Below are positions 63,331 through 64,000 of a DNA stretch of 64,000 nt, piece by piece. The stretch lies in NCBI GenBank assembly GCA_963664435.2, contig CAXXKM010000002.1, positions 128,001-192,000 on the forward strand. Reading direction: 5' to 3'. Both the position numbers and the translations under genes were made by a program. Each line of letters starts with the position of its first letter. Position 1 is the first letter of the stretch. Below the pieces are notes generated by a model. The model was not told where the DNA came from, searched no databases, and was given only the letters and a program-made list of their open reading frames with translations. Source of the stretch: Longimicrobiales bacterium (lineage in GTDB: Bacteria > Gemmatimonadota > Gemmatimonadetes > Longimicrobiales > Gaopeijiaceae).

Positions 63331-64000
63331 GGCAGCACCCCCAGCGTCACCCGCGACGGATGCTCCGGCGACCGGTACACCGTCTGCTCGGCGGTGATGT
63401 ACTGGTCGGGGGTCGCCCGGTAGGTATCCACGAACTGCTGCGGGTTGCGGTCGTAGGCGGGGAACCAAGAGCTCTGCACGTGAACCATGATGCGGTGGCC
63501 GGCCCGGAAGGTGTGGTAGCGGTCGCGCAGGTCGATGTGGATGGGGATCACCTCGCCTGGCACCATCGCTTCCGGGTGCTCGAAGCTATCGCGGAAGCGG
63601 CCGCGCATGACCTCGCCCGCCAGGTGCATTTGGTAGCCGCCCATGGGCACCTCGCAGAAGGGTGAGTCGGGGGCGTCCTCCGGGTGGACGTCGATCACCT
63701 TCACGATCCAGTCGGAATCCGTCCCGGTTGTCGACACGAAGATGTCCGCGAGGATGGGTCCGGCGATGGTCATGTCCTCCGCGAGCGGCTCGGACTGGTA
63801 CACCAGCACGTCCGGGCGCGCCGACGCGAAGCGCTGGTCCTCCACCTTCCACAGATGGCCGAGCGTGGTCCGCTCCTCCGCGGAGAAGGGCACGGGATCG
63901 TCGGGGTCGCTGACGAAGGTATCCGCACCCCCGGGCTCCGAGGGCGCCTCGAACGCGAGCATCCCGTCCTCCCGCAGATACAGCGACACCGGCTCGACAC
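63327..64000 (-). CDS. CocE/NonD-family hydrolase, C-terminal part (gene starts beyond the window)
   Basis: SDPDDPVP, EDQRFASARPDVLVY, DSDWIVKVIDV, HRIMVHVQSSWFP..DRNPQ. Confidence 0.92.
   Translation of the reverse strand, partial: VEPVSLYLREDGMLAFEAPSEPGGADTFVSDPDDPVPFSAEERTTLGHLWKVEDQRFASARPDVLVYQSEPLAEDMTIAGPILADIFVSTTGTDSDWIVKVIDVHPEDAPDSPFCEVPMGGYQMHLAGEVMRGRFRDSFEHPEAMVPGEVIPIHIDLRDRYHTFRAGHRIMVHVQSSWFPAYDRNPQQFVDTYRATPDQYITAEQTVYRSPEHPSRVTLGVLP

Overview
GC-rich bacterial chromosomal window. Gene content and order suggest a Gemmatimonadota-type, possibly host-associated, genome (inference only). It has three zones. (1) About 1-13,260 is a mosaic accessory region: an IS630 end that appears to have cut a histidine kinase upstream of a NarL-type regulator, a truncated tyrosine-integrase-like remnant, an orphan FrcB-like sugar-binding lipoprotein, two paralogous Ig/cadherin-repeat surface lipoproteins with different tips (leishmanolysin-like protease; CARDB-like repeats, with a C13 tract at the 5' end), beta-barrels, an SDR and a truncated NCS2 permease. 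(2) About 14,100-54,700 is core-like: a run of exported hydrolases, accA-ricT-metG-M23-M16-like pair, MocA/split XdhC/DUF402, dsbA-like, gyrA, an M16 pair and uvrA. (3) About 54,900-64,000 holds two beta-propeller lipoproteins, a BlaI/BlaR1(M56) module with tandem repeats, a PQQ-like propeller, MNT plus a truncated HEPN, and a CocE/NonD hydrolase. The strongest unexplained signal is a bipartite motif, GCAGATCGTGCAGTCC-N22-TGCCGTGATYCGG, found twice (1270-1320, 13195-13245), each time 12-15 bp from the breakpoint of a truncated gene. This suggests the ends of nested tyrosine-recombinase elements that insert into ordinary genes. A second signal is a dispersed palindrome, TCTGCCA-N3-TGGCAGA (5 intergenic copies, paired upstream of uvrA and an amidohydrolase). 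No rRNA, tRNA or CRISPR array was seen. Product calls come from motif recognition, not database searches.
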